DNA of 50,845 nucleotides, from NCBI GenBank assembly GCA_049243925.1, contig JBMLMS010000301.1, positions 1 through 50,845 on the forward strand, given 5' to 3'. Position numbers and translations under genes: made by a program. Shown here piece after piece: positions 16,664-27,089 of this stretch. The notes beneath the pieces are model-generated. The model ran no database searches, had not been told where the DNA came from, and saw only the letters and a list, made by a program, of their open reading frames with translations. Each line of letters begins with the position of its first letter. Position 1 is the first letter of the stretch. The stretch comes from Pirellulales bacterium. GTDB lineage: Bacteria > Planctomycetota > Planctomycetia > Pirellulales > UBA1268.

Positions 16664-18336
16664 CCGGCGGGCGGCCCCTCCGCGCGGCGCTCGTCATTGC
16701 CGCGGTGGCCGCCGGTTCCGCGGGCGCCGCCGATCCGCCGGCCGAACGCCCCAATGTGATCCTCATCATGGCCGACGATCTCGGCTGGGGCGACGTGGGC
16801 TGCTTCGGCAATCCCGACCTCGACACGCCGGTGCTCGACGGCCTTGCCAGGGAGGGCGCCCGGCTCACTGCCTGCTACTCGCCGTCGCCGCTGTGTTCCT
16901 CGGCGCGGGCCGGCATCCTCACGGGCCGGTGGAACCACCGCACCGGCGCGGTCGACGTGTCGAGCAACCGGGGCGTGGACCGTCTCGATCTCTCCGAGCG
17001 CATGCTCGGCGACCACTTTCGGGCCGCGGGCTACGCCACCGCGTATGTCGGCAAGTGGCACAGCGGCCTCTATGACGACGACTACCTGCCGCACCGCCGC
17101 GGGTTTGACCGGTTCGTCGGGTTCGCCAACGGCGCTCATGACTACGAGCGCTGGCAGCTCGAACGCCGCTTGGCCGCCGCCGCCGGCCGGGCGGAGGAGT
17201 GCCGGGTGGAGCCGCACGACGGCCGGCACCTGAGCGACGTCATTGCCGCCGAGGCGGCCGCCTTCGTGCGGGATTCGGCGGCGGACGGGCGGCCGTTCGC
17301 GCTCGTCTTCGCCCCCGCGGCCATCCACGCGCCGCTGCAGGCGCCGGAGCACCTCGTGCAGAAATACACCCGCCGGCTCGCCGGGCGGGCCGACCCCGCC
17401 GTCGCGGTGCTCTACGCGATGATCGAGCAGCTCGATGCTGGCATCGGGCAGCTGCTCGGGGCCGTCGACGACGCCGGGCTCCGCGGCCGCACGCTCGTGG
17501 TGTTCACGAGCGACAACGGCGCGAACCTTGGGGCCGCCGATCGTGCGGGGCAGTCAGGCCTGCGCTTTCATGGCCCGTTCCGCGGCACGAAGGGAGACGT
17601 GCTCGAGCAGGGAATCCGCGTGCCCGGGATCGTCTCCTGGCCGGGGCACATTCCCGCCGGCTCCGTGGTCGACACGCCGATCCACGGCTGCGACTGGCTG
17701 CCGACGATGCTCGCCGCCTGCGGCCTCGGGCCGGCGGCCGGCGCGAAGCCTCTCGACGGCAGGAACGTGCTGCCGGTGCTCGGCGGCGAGCCCCCGGGCG
17801 ACCTGGCCGACCGGCCGCTCTGCTTTCAGCGCACCCGCTACACGCCGGTGGCCCACAGCAACGCCGCCATCCGCCAGGGTCGCTGGAAGCTCCTCTGGCC
17901 GCCGATCGCGACGACGGTCGTCAAGGACGCCACGCGCGACAACATCTCCTACCACCGCGGCCTGACCCACGCCCACTGGGAGATGCCGCTCGACGACGAG
18001 CTGCCCGACTACGCCGGCGTGGTGGCGGCCGCTCCGCAGCTCTACGACCTCGAGCATGATCCCGGCGAGACCCGCGACCTCGCCGCGGATCATCCCGACG
18101 TGGTCACGCGGCTCGCGGCGGAGTACGACGCGTGGTTTGCGGAGGTGATGGCCGAGTGGCGGGCAGCGCGGTCGCGGATCCTGGCCCACGATCAGGCCGC
18201 CTGGCGGAATCGCACTCCGCCCGACCCGCGGCAGCTGTTCAGGGACGAGTGGCCGTGGAGCAACGCACCTGGGGCCGATCCCCGCACGGCCGATCCGCGC
18301 GAGGTGTTCAGGGGCTTCTGGTCGGATCATCCGTGA
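16660..18336 (+). CDS. Sulfatase (arylsulfatase A family) with atypical CSSAR active-site motif
   Basis: The GTG start overlaps the upstream TGA. There is a signal peptide, then PNVILIMADDLGWGDVGCFGN, LCSSARAGILTGR (16894-16908), GKWH and FTSDNG. Confidence 0.85.
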   Translation: MTGGRPLRAALVIAAVAAGSAGAADPPAERPNVILIMADDLGWGDVGCFGNPDLDTPVLDGLAREGARLTACYSPSPLCSSARAGILTGRWNHRTGAVDVSSNRGVDRLDLSERMLGDHFRAAGYATAYVGKWHSGLYDDDYLPHRRGFDRFVGFANGAHDYERWQLERRLAAAAGRAEECRVEPHDGRHLSDVIAAEAAAFVRDSAADGRPFALVFAPAAIHAPLQAPEHLVQKYTRRLAGRADPAVAVLYAMIEQLDAGIGQLLGAVDDAGLRGRTLVVFTSDNGANLGAADRAGQSGLRFHGPFRGTKGDVLEQGIRVPGIVSWPGHIPAGSVVDTPIHGCDWLPTMLAACGLGPAAGAKPLDGRNVLPVLGGEPPGDLADRPLCFQRTRYTPVAHSNAAIRQGRWKLLWPPIATTVVKDATRDNISYHRGLTHAHWEMPLDDELPDYAGVVAAAPQLYDLEHDPGETRDLAADHPDVVTRLAAEYDAWFAEVMAEWRAARSRILAHDQAAWRNRTPPDPRQLFRDEWPWSNAPGADPRTADPREVFRGFWSDHP

Positions 18337-18394
18337 GCGGCGGCATCGACCTGACGGATGGTGGGAAACGTGGCATGATGCCGTTGTCGTGGAG

Positions 18395-19930
18395 ATGGGA
18401 AATGGTCGCCACTCGGCAGTCGAGGCTCTCGTGAACAAGTCAATCGGTTCGTTTGGCCGCAACGCCGCGCTCGTCGCCGCCGTGCTCGGCTGGCTGTTCG
18501 ACGGGTTCGAAATGGGGCTCTTTCCGCTGATCGGTGGGCCGGCGCTCAAGGACCTGCTCGGTGCGACCGCCTCGCCCGGCGATGCCGACAAATGGTTTGG
18601 CGCGATCATCGCCGTGTTCCTCGTCGGCGCCGCCACGGGCGGCGTGCTCTTCGGCTGGCTCGGCGACGCGATCGGCCGCGTCCGCGCGATGTCGCTGAGC
18701 ATCTTCACGTATGCGGTGTTCACCGGCCTGTGCGGCTTTGCGACGGAGGCCTGGCACGTGGCCGTGCTCCGCTTCATCGCCTCGCTGGGGATGGGGGGCG
18801 AGTGGTCGCTCGGCGTGGCGCTCGTCAACGAACTCTGGCCCGGGAAGTCGCGGGCGGTCACGGCCGGGCTGATCGGCGCCGCGGCGAACGTGGGCTTCCT
18901 GCTCGTCGCCCTCCTCAGCCTCGGGCTCGGGAGCGTGATCGACGGGGCCCGCGGGGCGCTCCTGGGCGTCGGGCTGTCGGAGGCGAGCGTGTCGCACCTG
19001 CTGGCCAACTCGGCCTGGCGGCTGCTGATGATCTCGGGCGCGTTGCCGGCCCTGCTCATCTTCCTGATCCGCATGGGCGTGCCCGAATCGGAGAAGTGGC
19101 AGGCCGAGAGCGACCGCGGCGCGACGTCGCACTGGCTGAAGGCCGATCTCGTGGGCGTGCTCATCGGGGCCGTGGCGGCGCTGGCCATCATCTGGGCCTG
19201 GTCGCCGGCGGGGCTCTCAGCCGGCCCGGCGCTCGTCGTGACGGCCGTGGGCCTCGTCGTCACGGCGCTGGGCTATCTGCATCCGGTGCGGCGGTACCTC
19301 GTGCGGGCCGAGGCGGCAGGCACGCTCGCACCCGGCTCGGGCCAGAATGTGGTCGCGATGATGCTCTTCGGCGCGAGCCTCGCGGGCGTCACGCTCCTCG
19401 GCACCTGGGGGGCGATCCAGTGGATTCCGCGCTGGGCGATCCAGCTCGGTGGCGATGCGGCACCGCACGCCAAGGAATATTCGCAGATCGCCACCGCCCT
19501 CGGGGCGATCGTGGCGACGTTCCTCACGGCACTCGTGGCCGACCGGCTCGGCCGCCGGCCGACGTTCGCGATCCTCTGCCTGGCGACGATCGCCGCGGCG
19601 CTGTGGCTCTATCAAGGGCACGACTCGTTCGGGACGTCGTTCCTCGTGGCGGCGTTTCTCGCCGGCGGCGTGAGCGCGTCGTTCTACGGCCTCTTCCCGC
19701 TCTACTTCCCGGAGTTGTTTCCCACGGCCGTCCGCGCCACAGGCCAGGGCTTCGCCCTCAACTTCGGGCGGATCATCGCCGCCATCGGCGGCCTGCAGAC
19801 GGCCGCGCTGATGGGATATTTCGGGGGGAGTTTTCCCAAGGCTGGCTCGGTTCTCGTGGCGATCTATCTCGTGGGCGCGGTGATCGTGTGGTTTGGCCCC
19901 GAAACGAAGGGCCGGCCGCTGCCGGAGTGA
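18395..19930 (+). CDS. MFS transporter
   Basis: About 12 hydrophobic segments. GWLFDGFEMGL and GWLGDAIGR loop motifs are typical of sugar/anion MFS permeases. Confidence 0.85.
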   Translation: MGNGRHSAVEALVNKSIGSFGRNAALVAAVLGWLFDGFEMGLFPLIGGPALKDLLGATASPGDADKWFGAIIAVFLVGAATGGVLFGWLGDAIGRVRAMSLSIFTYAVFTGLCGFATEAWHVAVLRFIASLGMGGEWSLGVALVNELWPGKSRAVTAGLIGAAANVGFLLVALLSLGLGSVIDGARGALLGVGLSEASVSHLLANSAWRLLMISGALPALLIFLIRMGVPESEKWQAESDRGATSHWLKADLVGVLIGAVAALAIIWAWSPAGLSAGPALVVTAVGLVVTALGYLHPVRRYLVRAEAAGTLAPGSGQNVVAMMLFGASLAGVTLLGTWGAIQWIPRWAIQLGGDAAPHAKEYSQIATALGAIVATFLTALVADRLGRRPTFAILCLATIAAALWLYQGHDSFGTSFLVAAFLAGGVSASFYGLFPLYFPELFPTAVRATGQGFALNFGRIIAAIGGLQTAALMGYFGGSFPKAGSVLVAIYLVGAVIVWFGPETKGRPLPE

Positions 19931-20063
19931 CGGAAAACCTGAATGCCGCCCGTGGTTCGGCTGAATGACGGCCGCCGTGGGCACAGGTTTAATCACGTGC
20001 AGGTTGTCAGCCGCGGTCCGCAGCCGACACGACGCCGCCGTTTTCCCCGGGAGATCTTCGGTC

Positions 20064-20837
20064 ATGGCCAGTCTGATCACATCCGCCCATCGCGATCTCT
20101 ACAAGCGGGAGGGCTACTTCATCGCCGAGCGCGTGATCAGCCCCGAGCACCTCGAGATCATGCGCAACGCCTGCGATCACCTCATCGACGTGATGCACCG
20201 GCAGATGGACGAACTCGGCGTCGACCACATCCACATTTCGCACCGCGGCAAGCGCTACCACATCGCCAAGCAGTATCAGCAGGCGCCGCGGCTCGAGGAG
20301 TACGTGTTCAGCGATCTGATGGCCGACGTCTGCAGGGCCACGATCGGCGACACCGCCTTCCTGTTCTACGACCAATACGTCGTGAAGGCCGCGGAGAAGG
20401 GGACGAAGTTCTCCTGGCATCAGGACAGCGGCTACCTCGGCTTCCCGCATCGCGAATACGTGACGGTGTGGGCGGCCGTCGACGACATGACGCTCGAGAA
20501 TGGCACGGCCTACGTGCTGCCCTACTCGAAGGTCGGAATCCGCACGCTCGTGGAGCACGTCCGCGATCCCGAGAGCGGCGACAAGTGCGGCTACTTCGGC
20601 GACGAGCCGGGCATTCCGGCGGTGGTGCCGGCCGGCAGCCTGGTGGTGTTCAGCTCGCTCGTCTTCCACCGCAGCGGCTTCAACACCACCGACCGGATGC
20701 GGCGGGCCTACGTCACGCAGTATTCTCCCGAGCCGATCTTCAAGCCGGGCACGCATGAGCCGATGCACCTCGCCGTGCCGTTCCTCGAAGCAGGCCGCAA
20801 CGTGTATCAGCCGCATGCAGAGGCCGTGGAGTCATGA
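20064..20837 (+). CDS. Phytanoyl-CoA dioxygenase (PhyH) family Fe(II)/2-oxoglutarate oxygenase
   Basis: [18 protein letters not shown] at the N terminus. WHQDSGY supplies the HxD metal ligands. [14 protein letters not shown] supplies the distal His and Arg. Confidence 0.75.
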   Translation: MASLITSAHRDLYKREGYFIAERVISPEHLEIMRNACDHLIDVMHRQMDELGVDHIHISHRGKRYHIAKQYQQAPRLEEYVFSDLMADVCRATIGDTAFLFYDQYVVKAAEKGTKFSWHQDSGYLGFPHREYVTVWAAVDDMTLENGTAYVLPYSKVGIRTLVEHVRDPESGDKCGYFGDEPGIPAVVPAGSLVVFSSLVFHRSGFNTTDRMRRAYVTQYSPEPIFKPGTHEPMHLAVPFLEAGRNVYQPHAEAVES

Positions 20838-21775
20838 AGCACAGGCAGAGGATTTCCAGACGCTCGCTCATGCGGTCGGCCGCCGGCGCGGTGGCGGCCG
20901 CGGCGGTCGCACGCGGCGGGGTGGCAGCCGACGCCCCGTGGCGGCCTACGTATATCCTCGCTTCGGCGCTCTACGGAAACTTTCCCCTCGCCGACATCCT
21001 GCCCGAGGTGGCGAAGACCGGGGCGGGATCGATCGACCTCTGGCCGAAGCCGCACGGCACGCAGCGGGAGGAGATCGACACGCTTGGCGAGGAGAAGGTG
21101 CGGGAGATGCTGGCGGCGGCCGGCGTGAAACTCGGCGGCATCGCCTGCTACACGGTCGGGGCCTTTAAGCTCGCGGGTGAGTTCGCCCTCGCGAAGCGGC
21201 TCGGAGCCGAGGCGCCGGTGCTCGTCACGATGGCGCCTGGCAAGGGGGATGCGCCAGGCAACGAACTCGCCGCGGCCATCGAGGAGTTTCTGGAGAAACT
21301 GCGGCCGAGCATCGCCGCCGCCGAGGAGAGCGGGGGCGTGATCGCCATCGAGAATCACTCGAGATCGCTCCTCCAGACGCCGGACGGCATCCGCCGGTTT
21401 GCCGACGCCGTGACGAGCGACCGCGTGGGCGTCGCCTTCGCCCCGCATCATCTCCCGCAGGATGCTCATCTCATCGCCACGCTCGCCCGCGACCTGGGCC
21501 CGCGGATGAAGTTCGTCTACGCGCAGCAGCACGGCAAGGGCTCGAAGGAGAAGCTGCCGAAGGAGGTTGAACTCCTGCAGATGCCGGGCCGCGGGCCGCT
21601 CGACTTCGGGCCGCTCATGCGCGAGCTGGCGGCGCAGCGGTTCGCCGGCCCCGTCGAGATCTTCATGCATCCGGTGCCCCGCGGCGTGCCGATTCTCGAA
21701 ACCGTGCCTGCGATCACCGCGGAGGTGAACCGGGCTCAGGCGTATCTCGAGGCCCTTCTGGGTAAAGCTCAATAA
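20834..21775 (+). CDS. Tat-signal xylose-isomerase-like TIM-barrel protein (sugar phosphate isomerase/epimerase family)
   Basis: ATGA overlap with the PhyH gene. Leader [25 protein letters not shown] and FAPHHL motifs are typical of the AP-endonuclease-2/xylose-isomerase-like fold. Confidence 0.7.
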   Translation: MKHRQRISRRSLMRSAAGAVAAAAVARGGVAADAPWRPTYILASALYGNFPLADILPEVAKTGAGSIDLWPKPHGTQREEIDTLGEEKVREMLAAAGVKLGGIACYTVGAFKLAGEFALAKRLGAEAPVLVTMAPGKGDAPGNELAAAIEEFLEKLRPSIAAAEESGGVIAIENHSRSLLQTPDGIRRFADAVTSDRVGVAFAPHHLPQDAHLIATLARDLGPRMKFVYAQQHGKGSKEKLPKEVELLQMPGRGPLDFGPLMRELAAQRFAGPVEIFMHPVPRGVPILETVPAITAEVNRAQAYLEALLGKAQ

Positions 21776-21862
21776 GGAAGCCCGAAGCGTAAGCTGAAGG
21801 GAATGCGGCGGCAATTCTCGAAACACCACGCGGTTTCCGCTCGGCTTACGCCTCGGGCTTCC
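21776..21862. repeat. Long imperfect palindrome (REP-like element), copy A
   Basis: GGAAGCCCGAAGCGTAAGC (21776-21794) pairs with GCTTACGCCTCGGGCTTCC (21844-21862) at 18 of 19 positions around a 49-nt loop. Twenty-one nt (21840-21860) are identical to the reverse complement of 39287-39307. Confidence 0.8.
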
Positions 21863-21935
21863 GGAGAGACCACGTGAAGTGGTTTTTCAAAACTCAGTAG
21901 GATCGAGCGATCCCGCAAACCTCACAGCCGCCCGG

Positions 21936-24755
21936 CTACTCGTTGCCGGCCGCGACGGCCGCCGGCAGCACGTTGATCACGGCGGGCGGTGACGCCTGGC
22001 CGCCGTCGGCCATGGCCCGCAGGTGAAAGAGCCGCCGGCCGGGAGCGGCCTTCGGTGCGGCGGTGATGGAAAACTCGCGATCGTCCTGCCCCTCGACGAT
22101 GAGCAGGCCGTTGAGCCCGAGATTGTCGATGAACACGCCGTGCGGCAGGTTGCGGCCGGCCCCCTCCGTGCCAAGGTCGATCCGGTCCTTGAAGTCGTGA
22201 CGCACCGCCTTCGCCTTCGCCGAGATCGTCTGGCCGGGGCGGATCGTGAACTCGAGCGGCTCGCCCGGCACCTGCTTGACGACGGATGAATCGGCCCCGG
22301 GAAGGATCTCAAGCGTGAACTTCGGCTTGTCGGCGAGCTGGATGTCGCCGAGTGTGCCGAGGTCGCGCACCATCTCGCTGCCGGCCACGGTCGCCACGGC
22401 CCGCACCTTCACGGCCTTGTCGGCGGCCTCGTCGGGCGCCGCGGCATCCGCGGCCGCCGAGAGCACACCGATTGCCGCGCGCTGGTCGGCCTCGATCTCG
22501 ATCGGACCGTGGAAGGTGAACCCGGCCGGCAGATTCTCAAGCTCGATCCGCACGGGGCCATCGAAGCCTTCGATGCGGGTGACCGAGAACGTGAGTTCGC
22601 GGCCGCTGCCCGGGCAGACCTTCGGATCCTTGCCTGCGATCGTTACCTCGAACGCGGGATTCGGGCGGCGGATGCCGAGCGTGTAGTGATGGTCCCGCGG
22701 GCCGCCGAAGCCGCGCACGTCGGTCACGCGCGCCACGTATTCGCCGTCGGCCGGCGGCACGAAGGTGAGCTGTGAATCGCTGCCCAGCCGCCGCGTCGAT
22801 TCGTCGTCGTTGTCGTAGAACACCGGGAACACGGGCAGCCCGTTGGGCACGGGCGTCGCGCCCGGTGGCAGCGGCTCCACGATCCACGCCGGCTCGCCGA
22901 GTGCGTGCGTCACGGCCGAGGTGTGGAAGAAGGTGTGCCGACTCCCCGAGCCCGGATAGACATCGAAGCCCGAGTCGGGGCCGCGCGGGTAGAGCCAGAG
23001 CTTCACCACCTCGCCGTTCGCGTAGAGATACTCATCGAGCTCCATCTCGTCCCAGTTTTGCACCCGGAAGTCGTTGGTCTGGTTTGAATCCTTGCCGCGA
23101 AACGTGAACCACGAATCCCGCACCGCCTGCAGCACGACCTGCTCGACCGGGCGGCCATCGGCATGCAGTACCTCGATCCGCGAATCGACGAGCGACTTCG
23201 GCTGGGCCTTGGCGGCGAGCACTTCGACGACGAGCGGCTCGCCCGCCCGGGCCGCAAACCGCACGCAGTCGGCATCGCCGGGCGCGCCGATCGAGCCCTT
23301 CACGGCCACGGGCACCGGCACGAGCGCCGCCTCGCGTGGCGCGTCGTTGGGCTCCGCCTCGGCGACATCCTGCGGCTTCTCGCTGCCTGATGGCTGCGCG
23401 ATCGCCTTGGCCACCGACGGCGCTGTCGAAGGCATGGCCGAGGCTCCGCCTGGCGGCGTGGCGAGGCCCACACGCTCGATGCGGCCATCCATCCGGCCGA
23501 GCCAGAAGCCGCCGTCGGCCGGCACGACCGCCGCCACGAGATCCGCCTGCCTCGGCAGTTCGCCGACGAGCGTGAGATCGGGCACGCTCCAGGCCTTCAC
23601 GCTGCGGTCTTCGGCCGCGGTCACGAGCCGGCTGCCGTCGGGAGAGAGCGCGACGGCCACGATCGGCGTCTCGTGGGCAAACCGCGCATGCACCGGCGGG
23701 TTGATCGCCGGCGCGTCGAGCGATGCGAGCTTCCAGAGATGGATCCGCTTGTCGCGGCCTGCCGCGAGCACGTGTTTGCCGTCGGGCGTGAACGCCACGC
23801 TCGCAAGCTCGCCCTGCGGCTGGCTGAGCGTGTCAAGCCGCACGCCGTCGCTCGCCCGCCAGAGCTTCACCGTCTCGTCGGCGCTCGCCGAGCCGAGGAG
23901 TTTGCCGGATGGATGCCAGGCCAGATCGAACACGGCGCCGTTGTGCACATCGATCGACCGCACGAGGGTGCCGTCGGCCACGTTCCAGAGCTTGATCGAG
24001 CGGTCGTAGCCCGCGGTGGCGAGCGTCGCCCCGTCGGGGGAGAGTTCGGCGTCGTAGAGCAGGTCGCGATGCGGGCCGAACGACTGCACGAGCCCGCCGG
24101 ACGCAGCATCGCGAATCTCCGCCACGCCGCGCAGGCCGACGACACCACTGGCGATCACGAGTTGCGATCCGTCGCGGCTGAAGTGCACGGCGGCCACCGG
24201 GCCCGGGAGGTCGGCGATCGTGACGAGCGGCTGCGCCGCCGGGCTGCCGTTCTCCACAGCCAGGATCTCCACGGTGCGGCCACGGGCCACGGCGAGCCGT
24301 GTGCCGTCGGGGGATGCGGCTGCAGCCGTGACGGGCTTCGCCACTCGCGACGGGGTGAGCGCGGGCACCACGAGCGTTTCGAGAATAGACGCGTCGGTGG
24401 CGGGGCCTGGAGCACCAGCCGCGATCCAGGCCTCGAGCGTGGCCAGGTCGGCCGCCGGCACCTGCGGCTCGTCGGCGGGCGGCATGTGGTCTTCGGCGGT
24501 GCTCTTGATGCGCTGGATGAGGACCGAGCCGGCCGCGTCGCCCGGCACGATCGGATCGCCCGAGCCGGCCCCGCCTGTGCGGAGCGTCGCGAACCGCTCC
24601 ACGGAAAAGTCCGACTCCGCCTCGCGGTCGTTGTGGCAGCCGGAGCAGTAGGTGCGCAGGATCCGTGCGATGTCGCGATCGTACGAAACGGGATCCGCCC
24701 CCGCGCAGGGCAGGGCGATCGCAATGCAGCAGAGCAGAGGGAGCAGGCGTGTCAT
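21936..24755 (-). CDS. PSCyt1 (planctomycete cytochrome c) - WD40 repeat - C-terminal beta-rich domain protein
   Basis: Signal peptide, then ILRTYCSGCHNDREAESDFSVERF (CxxCH). Multiple WD40-like blades follow (e.g. SADETVKLWRASDG, DRSIKLWNVADG). EAEPNDAPREA..GDADCVRF is a pre-peptidase-like motif. Confidence 0.8.
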   Translation of the reverse strand: MTRLLPLLCCIAIALPCAGADPVSYDRDIARILRTYCSGCHNDREAESDFSVERFATLRTGGAGSGDPIVPGDAAGSVLIQRIKSTAEDHMPPADEPQVPAADLATLEAWIAAGAPGPATDASILETLVVPALTPSRVAKPVTAAAASPDGTRLAVARGRTVEILAVENGSPAAQPLVTIADLPGPVAAVHFSRDGSQLVIASGVVGLRGVAEIRDAASGGLVQSFGPHRDLLYDAELSPDGATLATAGYDRSIKLWNVADGTLVRSIDVHNGAVFDLAWHPSGKLLGSASADETVKLWRASDGVRLDTLSQPQGELASVAFTPDGKHVLAAGRDKRIHLWKLASLDAPAINPPVHARFAHETPIVAVALSPDGSRLVTAAEDRSVKAWSVPDLTLVGELPRQADLVAAVVPADGGFWLGRMDGRIERVGLATPPGGASAMPSTAPSVAKAIAQPSGSEKPQDVAEAEPNDAPREAALVPVPVAVKGSIGAPGDADCVRFAARAGEPLVVEVLAAKAQPKSLVDSRIEVLHADGRPVEQVVLQAVRDSWFTFRGKDSNQTNDFRVQNWDEMELDEYLYANGEVVKLWLYPRGPDSGFDVYPGSGSRHTFFHTSAVTHALGEPAWIVEPLPPGATPVPNGLPVFPVFYDNDDESTRRLGSDSQLTFVPPADGEYVARVTDVRGFGGPRDHHYTLGIRRPNPAFEVTIAGKDPKVCPGSGRELTFSVTRIEGFDGPVRIELENLPAGFTFHGPIEIEADQRAAIGVLSAAADAAAPDEAADKAVKVRAVATVAGSEMVRDLGTLGDIQLADKPKFTLEILPGADSSVVKQVPGEPLEFTIRPGQTISAKAKAVRHDFKDRIDLGTEGAGRNLPHGVFIDNLGLNGLLIVEGQDDREFSITAAPKAAPGRRLFHLRAMADGGQASPPAVINVLPAAVAAGNE

Positions 24756-24764
24756 GAAAATACT

Positions 24765-27089
24765 TCAGTGGCGAAACAAAAATTCGCGGCTCGTGAGGAG
24801 CGACCAATACATGTCTTCCACAATCTGCCGTTTCTCCTCCGGGGCGGCCTTCGAGAGCATGTCTTCGAAGGGCTTCCGCTCGGCGTCGGTGGGCTTTCGC
24901 GATAGCGCGAGGATCCAGGCGTCTTCCACGAGCGTGGCGGGCGCGGGGTCGGTGGCCATGATCTGCGTCACCCGCCCCTCCTTCGATGCGAGTTTGCCGT
25001 TGAGCGTCGAGCCGTTGGAAAGGTGGAGCACCTGCACGAGGCTCGGCTGACTCGACCGCTCACACTCGCAGGTGATCTCGCGGGCGTTGCGGCCGAACGT
25101 GTCGAGGAAGTAGTTCTTCACAGACGAATCGCCGAGTTCGAGGGCGCGGGTGTCGTCGTCGTAGCCCTCAAGCTTTTGCGTGGAGCCGTCGGCGAGCAGC
25201 GTCTCGGTGTAGCGGTCGCGCACGCCCGTCACGTCGGCGATCGCGTCGGAGAGCACCTCGGCCATCAGCCGCTTGGGATAGGCCCGGGCGAACCAGCGGC
25301 GGTCGTCGCGGTTTTCGGGCAGGGGCATGCTCGAGCGGGCGTAGGTCTCCGAGAGGAGAATCAGCCGCATGAGCTGCTTGAGGTCGTAATGGTGCTCGAT
25401 CGTGAGGGCGCAGAGGGCATCGAGGAGCTGCTCGTTGCTGGCGGGGTTGCTCGTGCGCAGGTCGTCCACCGGCTCCACGAGGCCGAGGCCGAAAAAGTTG
25501 GCCCACACGCGGTTCACGATCGCCCGGGTGAAGTAGGGATTCTCCGGCGCGGTGAGCCAGCGGGCGAGCGGCTCGCGGCGGTCCCCCGCGTCGTCGAGCG
25601 GCAGTGGCTCGCCATCGAGCGGCGCGGGCGGCTGCGGCCGGCCGGTTTTCGGCTGGAGCAACTCGCCCCGTGATTCGACATACAGCGTGCGGACTCCGTC
25701 ACCATTCCGCGAGTCGCCACCCCAGCCCTTGGCGCGGACCCGCGAGAAGAGGTTGGCGAAGGCGTAGTACTGGTCGTTGGTCCATTTTTCGAGCGGATGG
25801 TTGTGGCACTTCGCGCAGTTGATCGACAGCGAGAGAAAGGCCTGGCTCACGTTTTCCGCGAGCGTCTCCGGGTCTTGATGCACGGCGAAGAAGTTCGTGG
25901 CGCCGTGTTGGGTGCTCGAGCCGCGGGCGGTGACCAGTTCGCGCACGAGCCTGTCCCACGGCGCGTTCTCCGCGACGCGGTCGCGGATCCACTGGGCATA
26001 GGCCGTCACGGCCGCGGGCCGGAGCTTGGCCCCCGTAACGAGCAGGATGTCGCTCCATTTATAGGCCCAGTAGTCCACGAACTCGGGGCGGGCGAGGAGG
26101 AGATCGACGAGCCGCTCCTTACGGCGGGGCGAGCGGTCGGCCAGGTAGGCATGCACCTCCTCGGGCGACGGCAGCCGGCCGATCGTGTCGAGGAACGCGC
26201 GGCGGAGAAACGTGGCGTCGTCGCAGGGGGGCGAGGGCTTGAGATGCAGCTTTTGAAGCTGGGCGAGATTGAGCTCGTCGATCACGTTGGCCCGCGGGGC
26301 GGCGGCATACACGTCGGCTGCCACCGTGTGGGGAAAGGGCGCGAGCACCCGGGCCACGGCAATCTGTGAACTGAACCAGGCCGTCACCGCCCCCTCGCCG
26401 TGTCCGATCACGTTCACGGTGCCCGCGGGGTCGATGGTCGCGATCGTCTCGTCGGCCGACGTGAACCGGGCCCAGCGGGTGACGTCGCGCGATGAGCCGT
26501 CGCTGTATTTCGCGGTGACCCGCAGCTGCGCCGTCTGGCCCGGCGCGAGCCCGCTCTCGGCGGGCGCAAGCTCGATCGCATCGAGGGTTTTCTCGTCCTC
26601 CTTCGGACCCGGGCAGCCGGCCTCGATCCAGGCGGCGAGGAGCGAGTAGTCGTCGCCGCCCACGTCGAGCCGCTTGCCGCCCTTGTGGGCCAGCGCCATC
26701 GTCGGCTTCGTGAGCAGCAGGCTCGTGCCCGGATCGGAAAGATCGACGCGGCGGCCGCGGGCGTCGCGCGTGATCGCGAGGTAGTCGCTCTGCGGATCGT
26801 AGCCGAAGAGCGAGAGCCGGAAGCCCGCCTTGCCGGCGAGCGCGCCGTGGCAGCCGCCGCCGTTGCAGCCGGCCTTCGAGAGGATCGGCATCACGTCGAG
26901 ATCGAAGCTGGGCTCCTCGGCGCGAAGGGCCGTGCACCAGACCATCGCAAACGAGAGCCACAAGGCGGGGCGCCGGCTGTGGGACGGCAAAAGTCTCGTC
27001 GCGGAGGCCGCAGCGGCCTCATGCTCCTCGAGCGTTCGCCGATCCCTCCGCCTCCCGGTCCGGCGAGAGGCCCGTTGGAGCCGCGTCAT
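24765..27089 (-). CDS. DUF1549 (PSCyt2) / Big_2 / DUF1553 (PSD1) protein
   Basis: ILSKAGCNGGGCHGALAGKAGFRLSLFGYDP (PSCyt2), CAKCHNHPLEKW, and C-terminal DUF1553-like ..YWSLLTSREFLFRH*. ATG 27089 overlaps the DUF1501 stop (ATGA). Confidence 0.85.
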   Translation of the reverse strand: MTRLQRASRRTGRRRDRRTLEEHEAAAASATRLLPSHSRRPALWLSFAMVWCTALRAEEPSFDLDVMPILSKAGCNGGGCHGALAGKAGFRLSLFGYDPQSDYLAITRDARGRRVDLSDPGTSLLLTKPTMALAHKGGKRLDVGGDDYSLLAAWIEAGCPGPKEDEKTLDAIELAPAESGLAPGQTAQLRVTAKYSDGSSRDVTRWARFTSADETIATIDPAGTVNVIGHGEGAVTAWFSSQIAVARVLAPFPHTVAADVYAAAPRANVIDELNLAQLQKLHLKPSPPCDDATFLRRAFLDTIGRLPSPEEVHAYLADRSPRRKERLVDLLLARPEFVDYWAYKWSDILLVTGAKLRPAAVTAYAQWIRDRVAENAPWDRLVRELVTARGSSTQHGATNFFAVHQDPETLAENVSQAFLSLSINCAKCHNHPLEKWTNDQYYAFANLFSRVRAKGWGGDSRNGDGVRTLYVESRGELLQPKTGRPQPPAPLDGEPLPLDDAGDRREPLARWLTAPENPYFTRAIVNRVWANFFGLGLVEPVDDLRTSNPASNEQLLDALCALTIEHHYDLKQLMRLILLSETYARSSMPLPENRDDRRWFARAYPKRLMAEVLSDAIADVTGVRDRYTETLLADGSTQKLEGYDDDTRALELGDSSVKNYFLDTFGRNAREITCECERSSQPSLVQVLHLSNGSTLNGKLASKEGRVTQIMATDPAPATLVEDAWILALSRKPTDAERKPFEDMLSKAAPEEKRQIVEDMYWSLLTSREFLFRH

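Noticed and set aside
17554-19263. 569-aa minus-strand ORF
   Set aside because: It is antisense to the sulfatase and MFS genes. The translation is Ser/Pro/Ala/Arg-rich with no domain.
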